Positions 57,120 through 64,000 of a stretch of 64,000 nt of DNA are shown one piece after another (the first letter of the stretch is position 1; every line of letters begins with the position of its first letter). The position numbers and the translations under genes were made by a program. The notes under the pieces are model-generated. The model was not told the origin of the DNA and made no database searches. It worked only from the letters and a program-made list of their open reading frames with translations. Source of the stretch: the human T2T-CHM13v2.0 reference genome, Homo sapiens; assembly GCF_009914755.1 (NCBI RefSeq), contig NC_060946.1. One strand, 5' to 3'.

Positions 57120-59480
57120 TTCCAGGCTCATCTGCGTCGGCCTGCGTAGCTGCTCTGTGCCCGGCTTAGAGGAGAAGGAGGAGGAGCCACTTGCCGCGCA
57201 TGCCAGAGGCTAGAGTCATCTACCGCGCATGCTGGAGGCTGGAGCCTACAGTGGCTCACCTCGCTGCTGCGGTTGGTGGCCGCGAGGGTGACTACAGCGC
57301 AGCCAGAATGGTGAAAAGGTGGCAGAATAGGTTCGTTATCCCAGGCCGTACTGCCTGTGGCGTGGGGGGCGGGTTGGGGGCCCTATCCAGGGCGTCACTG
57401 CCCGTGTTGGGGGGCTGCTTGAGTGTGGTACCTCGGGCGTCACTGCCCGCTGAGGGGAGTGGGGTGGGGGCGCTATCCGGGGGCGCTATCCAGCCTATGG
57501 CTGGAGATGGGTTGGGGCGCTATCCGAAGCTGTAATTCCTGCGGCAGTGGGGAGTTTTGGGGGCACTATCTGGGGATGCACTGCCCGCGGCCGGGGGGCG
57601 GGGGTGAGTTAGTAGAACTATCAGGTGCTGCAATGCCCTGATGCCCTTGTTGGGGACAGGTTGTGGGGGGCTGGTGGGTGCAACACTGCTGGTGGCGAGG
57701 GTGGGTGCTGCTATCCGGTGCTACTCTGCCTGTGGGGGACGGGGGCGGGCGTGATATCCAGGGCATCATTGCCTGCATCTGGGAGCTGGTTGGGGACACT
57801 ATCCATGGCTGCACTGCCCACAGTGGGGAGCGGGTTGGGGGCACTATTTGGGGCTGCAATGCTGGTGGTGGGGGACGGGTTAGGGTCACTATAGGGTGCT
57901 ACACTGCTGGCAGTGGGGAGGGGGTTGTTGAGGGCGCTCTCTGGGGGCTACACTGAGACAGGTAGCGGGGGGTTGTTGGGATTGGTACCGGGGCTGGACT
58001 GCCCATGGAGAGGGGGTGGGGGCGTTGGTTGGGGGCGCTATTGAGGGCCGGGTACACTGCCTGCGGTGGAGGGGTGGGTTGGGTGCTATCAGGGGTCTGT
58101 ACTGCCTAGCAGGGAGCGGGTGGGTGTGCTATCTGGGGCTGCACTGGCTGCAGCAGGGGCAGGTTGGGTGCACTATAGGGGGCTACACTGCCCTTGGCAG
58201 GGGGTGGTTTAGGTGAGCTGTCTGTGGCCGCACTGCCCGAGGTGGGGAGTAAGTTTGGGTGCTATCTGTGGCTGCACTGCCTGGAGGCAGGAAGTGGGTT
58301 GAGGGTGCTATCCTGGGCTGCTTCTCCTGGTGGGGAGCAGGTAGGGGCACTATCCAGGGTTGCACTGCCCGGGGTAGGGGGCGATTTGGGTGCCATATCG
58401 GGGCATCACTGCCCACGGCAGGGGTCTGGTTGGGGTCGCTACCCATGGCTACACTGTCTACAGCCACTGCCTACGGCAGGGAGCGGGTTGGGGGCGCTAT
58501 CCCGGGCTGCGCTGCCCAAGGCAGGGGGTGGGTTGCGGGTGCCATTGGTGCTGCAGTGTCCGAGGCAGGGGCGGGTTGGGGTTGCCATCTGGTGCTACAC
58601 TGCCAGCTGTGGGGGAGGGTCGGGGGCGCTATCGGGGGCTGCACCGTCCCCCTGGTGGTGGGCAGCGGAGGTGTCAGTGACAGCGGTGGTCAGAGGAGGT
58701 GAGAGGGACTCCAGTCTCTAGAGGGCCATCTCCTTCTGCTCCTGGCCAGCACACAGCATTTCTGCGGGGATCCTGAGCACGGCCCGGCCCCTAGACCTGC
58801 TGTGGTTCCCAGGCGCGCGCCCTCTCACCATGTGTTGCTGAGACCGTCTGGGACCCCTGGGCACACAGTAGCGGACATCATGGAGTGACAGGGCCCTGTG
58901 GGTGGAGGTGTCAGGAAGAGGTACCGGCACTTGGGTGGGGAGGGCTGGCTGGGGTTGAGTTTCTGCTGCTTCTGCTTCCTGAGGAGCGCAGCCAGGGGTG
59001 GGCCCAGCGATTCGTGCCGAGTGGGAAGCCCGGACGCTGTACTGTGGTGTCTCCAGTCCCCACCCCAGGCCCCAGTTCCTGGTGAACTTGGGCCAAAAAG
59101 GGAGGCTGGGCTTTGGAGGGTAGGTGTGAGTGCCTTTGCTAAAACTGGCCCCTGCCACCTAGTGGCCAGCATGACAAGGTGAGACTCTAATGCTACCACT
59201 CTCTGCATCCTGTTCTAGGCTTATCTGACTTTGCCTGCCCAGTTGCTCCGTGCCAGGAGGAGGAGCCACTTATTCCATGCTGGAGGCTGGAGCTGGGGGC
59301 ACCGCAGCTCACCTTGCTGTGGTTGGTGGTGGCGATGGAGACTACAGAGCACCAGAGCGGTAGGAGAGCAGCAATGGAGACTGCAGAGTGCCAGAGCAGT
59401 AGGAGGGCGGCTGGCTGCTGCCTGGGCAAGGGCAGGCCTGCTGTGGTATCCAGGTGGTAGGAGCCTTGTAGGGTGGACCA
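57120..59480 (+). ncRNA. SLC5A4-AS1: 5' part of a probable plus-strand lncRNA divergent from RFPL2 (recalled as SLC5A4-AS1)
   Basis: TATA box upstream; BAGE-exon-1-like sequence at 57146-57310; mirror acceptor ctgttctag| at 59218. Name from recall of the locus; exon ends uncertain. Confidence 0.45.
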
Positions 59481-62400
59481 GTGGACTGAGGGCAACAGGA
59501 ACAGTGGTTGTATTGGCATCAGTGCTAGTGGTGGCAGCAGCAGCAAGTCTGGAGGTTGGGAAGGCGGGTAGGAGCGCTCCAGGGCTGACCCGCCCGGCTG
59601 GGCCTGGCCTGGGGTGGGTAGGAAGCTGTGGGCCTCTGGGGCAGCGGTGGAGGCGCAGCCTGGGGAAGGAGGAGTCTCCTCCGCTTCTCCTGCAGAATCT
59701 GGAGGGCGCCCTCCTCCTGGTAGGTCCTGAGCCAGGCGTGAGTGGCAGCATTGTGTCATTATTAACAAAGTTTGGGTAGTGACTATTTGTGTATCTTTTT
59801 GCTTGTTTTTTGTTGGGATAGTCTTGGGCTTTTTTAAATTTCATGAATCAGGGAGGGGACAAAAGCTGTAATAGGACTCCTGATTCCCTTGTCTGTTCTT
59901 TTTCTTTTCTTCTCCTTATCATCATTTTCTTGTTCCTCTTCATTTTCTTATGCTGCTGCTTCTATTTCTTGTAGCATGTGGAGGAGGGAGTGGGAGATAG
60001 AGACCAGGCCCTCTCTAGAAACAGTCACATCCTGGAGGAACGGTGATGTATTTTCTGATGAGGATTTTCATTCATGAGATGTGTGCAGAGTGACCCTGGC
60101 TAGGTGCCCAAAAGCCTCCTTGTCTATGGTGTGACTCCAGGCCCAGGAGGCAACCCCGTTTTTGTAGAAGAGCCTGTCCTGGAAGCATCTGTCCTGAGAG
60201 CACCTGATGGCACAGTAGGGAGCTGAGAGCAACTGAGTCAGGAGGGACAATGGCCAGCCCCTCCCAGGATTCCTGCCTTGGGCAGATGCTGGCCCACTGA
60301 CTTACAGCCCAGGGGCTGACAGGGGTGTCTTGTCCAAGCCACTGTGGGCAGGTGTTGCCTAGGCAGTGTGGTGTTGGATGACACCGAAGCTGCTGCACAG
60401 CCTGGGGTATTCATCTCTGGCAGACTGAGGGCCAGGTACTGCACATCCTGAGGTGTTCATCCCTGCCAGACCGAAGGCCACGCCCAGGCAGCTCCCCATC
60501 CCCTGCCACAACAAGGCCTCATTTTTCCCACAAACCAACTCCATGCACCCATCCTCCAGGCCCCTGAGTATGCCAAGCACCAGGCCCGGTGAGCACTGGT
60601 CTCTCTGTGCTGCAGCCACGCACCTGCCTAGGGACCTCCTCCTCACCTTCCTGCCCCTCATGCCAGTTATACCCCACATGCTGTGAGGCTGAAGTCAAGC
60701 AGGGAAGCAGCAGAGAAGGCATGGAGAGCGACAAGCCCCACAGCAGGGTGTGAAGGAAGGCCTCTCCAGGTCAGTGTCCTTGTCTAGCCCCCAGGCATGT
60801 GCTGCAGGCATTTGGGCCCTTTACTTCTTCTTCCAAGGGAACCACAAACAGCCCTGGGGTCCAGGGGGTTATTGGCCAGATCTCCAGAGAGTGACTCCAG
60901 GGTCCTGGTCTCCAAGGGAGAAGAGGGTTTGGGGAGAGGCCTTTGGTCAGGCATGTGGCGCATGCTATTCCTGAGCAGGTCGGGCAGCTGGTGCTTGCCT
61001 GGCTAATGCAGTTTCTGCTGGGCCTCTCTTCCTGGAGGAGAGTGTGGCCTCTTTCCCAGCTGTCTTTTAGCCAAGATGCACAGAAAGCAGACCAGAGATG
61101 CAGGTCACAGCCAAAGCAAGTGGCAAGTGGTGCTGCTTCCCAAGGGACATTGCCGTGGCTGTTCTGTGGCTCTGAGATGCTTGGGGTGCCCACCTGGAGC
61201 TGTGAGCTGGCCTGGCAGGCCTGGGAGGGCCCTATGGGCTCTTTTGAAAGTTCACTTTTGTTGAATTTTACATAGAATCTTCCCATGTCCACTCCCCAGT
61301 ACTCTTTTCTGCTGTCCCCAGACAGTGCCAGCAGAGGCCACGTGCTGTCTAAATATGTCCGCAGGCACTCAGTGCAGGGTCCTGGCCTGAGGGGGCATGA
61401 GGCCAGCATCCCTCACTTTAGGACCGGGAAGTCAGTTCTCAGGCTTCCAAAACAGCTGAGACAGCTGCCACTTCCTGTCACTTAAGCCTGGTCTCTGTAC
61501 CTCACTTTCCTTCTGGGACCTCAGTGCCTTCTTCCTACAAGATACTGGTGTTCACGTCACTAGCTCTGGGACTCGGGAGGAGACTGAGGCACACAGATGA
61601 TCAGTTGTAATCACATGGACTCAGGGTGAGGTCCAAAGTTAACCAGCACGTGGCTGAGATCTCAACCATAAAGTTTCTAATTCTAAAGTCAGGCTCTGGG
61701 GTGGAGTGAGTGTGTGCTTGGTACGTGGCTGAGTCTGTGATGGTCAGCCTGTGTGAGGGGAGGATCCGGTCAAATGAGCAAAGGCACCATCCCAGGCACA
61801 GAATGTGCATCCTGTGGTTGTTGGGGGGAGTCTGTCAGAGTCTTATTCTGGACTAGAGTCAGGACTGGGTCCCATAAGGTCAGGGCAGGGTGAGTGTGAC
61901 CTTGGGGCTACAGGCAAGGCCAGGCATCCAAGGGGTCTCAACTGCCCCAAACAACCCCATCCTGCCAGGCCCCACTCCCCCTGTCCCTCCCTCCCATTGT
62001 TCAGTCCCCTCACCCCCTCACCATGGGCACCTGCAGTCTCATTCAGAGACACCCTCATCTTAGAGTCCCTGATAGTGGGGAGTTTGGCCCCTCAGAGGCC
62101 TTGGTTGCTTTGGTCAATCCATAATGCCTGGGCCTGGGACCCCCACCATTTCTTGTTCATCAGGGACACAGCAGCTGTGAAGGCAGCTGCCTTCACCAGA
62201 GCAGCGATGTAGCCCAGCAAGGGCAGGGACAGAGACGCAAGGTCTGGGGGATTTTTCCACAATGCTGCAGAAAGAAAGTCCCTGTGGAGCTCAGTCTCAG
62301 CCATCCCTGCCCCAGCTGTGAGCTGAACTGAATTTCAGGCATCTCAGAGTCCCTTCACCTTTGCATGACCCATTTCCAGGACATGACAGGTCAAGCCCAT

Positions 62401-64000
62401 GGGAGAGGGGATCACCCAGGTCTCCCTCATCTCCATGGACCTCCTGGGAACATTGCCAGGGTCCACTCCACCCCTGGACGCTGTCCCCAAGCTTCACCCT
62501 CTTTTTATAAGTTGTACATTTTTATTATGAAGATCTTTGAACACAAAAATAGGGAGATGAAAGAATAATAATGTCCCCAAGGTTCCCATCACCGAGTCCC
62601 CATAATTTTTGATTTTCAAATAATGTTGACTCACCCACAACAGAGTAAACGATTCCCTCAGACAATAGTCTGAAGCAGATGCGAAAGCCATCACAAACTT
62701 AAATGGAGAGAATCAATGATTTCTTGACACGAAAAAACAGTTAACGAGGGTCTCACCAAATGTCTTGTGAATTTCATTGTGTATATTTTTAGTTGACTTC
62801 GTGGTGCATTACGTATTTGTGGATTTAACTTTAGTTTCTATGTGGAGTAAATACTTGATGTTATCAGTGGTGAATGTGTTTTTAGACCCATTCTATCTAC
62901 AGCTGTCTCCCAAATGGCTGTCAGGCTTTTCCTGGCAAGGCAGGAGTGGCAGGAGCAGAGAGCTGGTCCTGAGACCCTCCCACAGTCAGGATGCAGCCAC
63001 TGCCTCCCTGAGCAGGAACCCAGTGCTTCCTTTAGCTTCTCTTTTCCTGAAAAATTGTTCTAGCATCAAGAGGCTCAGTGGGGTTCAGGCTGGACATTGG
63101 CATAACTGCTTCCTAGGACATGTGGTTACTTCTAGCAAAGCCACCCATGTTCATCATTCTTTTAGTGACATTAGCTGTGTTTGATGATCGATAACTTTGT
63201 GCTTCAGATAAAAAGGAAGACAGAGGGTTGAGGCTTCCATTCACCTCCTCGTGAGAGCTGCAGTGTGTCGCTGAAGGGAGGGCCCAGCAGCTGTGCTATG
63301 AACCTAGGAGTGTGCTTCCTGCTTTGGAAAAAAGGAAGAAAAGTAGTTTCTTCCCTTTTATTCACCACTTTGATAATGGACGATCTGGTGCTCGGCCATA
63401 CTCGAGGGTGAACAGAACAACATAGAGCCAGAGTGAGCTCCAGCATGTGAGGACATCTGACATGTGGGATCCACTGCGGTTATATTGAATTGGTGATCAT
63501 GATGTGGCTACAAAACATAAACATTTGCCCACTGAGCACCTCCTCAGGGGGCACCTCATTTTCTTTCATTGCTCCGGAAGCTTCAGTGGCTCCTGATTTC
63601 GCAGAGGATGAGAGGTCCTGTCTTGTCATGTCCCTTTCCTGCCCCAGGCCTGGGATCCCCCACTGATCCCACTTCCCTTAGGAGGAGGAGGTATTTAAGG
63701 ACCACACCCTGGAGACTCTCTCATGTCCCCCATTTGAATAAGGAAATGGTAGCCATCACCCCACCTGACCTACCCAATGTAAAACCAGATTGAGGGGTCC
63801 AGGGATCAAGGATGGAGCTTCCATTTTGTTGAGGGGGACCAGCCGGGCCTCACTGGCCAGGGCCATCCCAACTGGGTCAAGACCTGGGAAGATGGGGCTG
63901 AAACTCCTGGAGTCAGGGCTAGGTTAATGGGAAGGTTCCCAGGACACTGCACTCTAGGGTAACCAGCTTCTCCCTGGAGGGAGAGGGTACTGTCTGCATC

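Noticed and set aside
54600-59850. Dense overlapping ORFs and a superficially CRISPR-like repeat-spacer look
   Set aside because: Degenerate GC-rich satellite in a primate genome; repeats are not identical, there are no unique spacers and no cas genes.

Overview
Human (primate) genomic DNA that I recognise as the 22q12.3 C22orf42-RFPL2 interval. Two minus-strand spliced genes can be rebuilt from canonical GT-AG junctions: C22orf42 (9 coding exons, 11293->1618, 251 aa) and RFPL2 (long isoform: 4 coding exons, 54534->42854, 378 aa, degenerate RING plus B30.2/PRY-SPRY). RFPL2 intron 2 holds an L1-truncated RFPL4-like B30.2 pseudo-exon and an antisense Ig lambda J-C orphon that keeps its RSS. The RFPL2 5' end lies in one arm of a ~4.8 kb imperfect GC-rich palindrome (REP522/BAGE-like by recall) centred at ~56973. 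Its core looks like a head-to-head histone-H2B-type promoter, and the two arms carry mirror-image exon/intron units. The rest is Alu/L1/L2/MIR/LTR/DNA-transposon rich, with an orphan CpG island at ~28 kb and several local duplications. Gene and repeat family names come from recall, not from a database search, and repeat boundaries are approximate.
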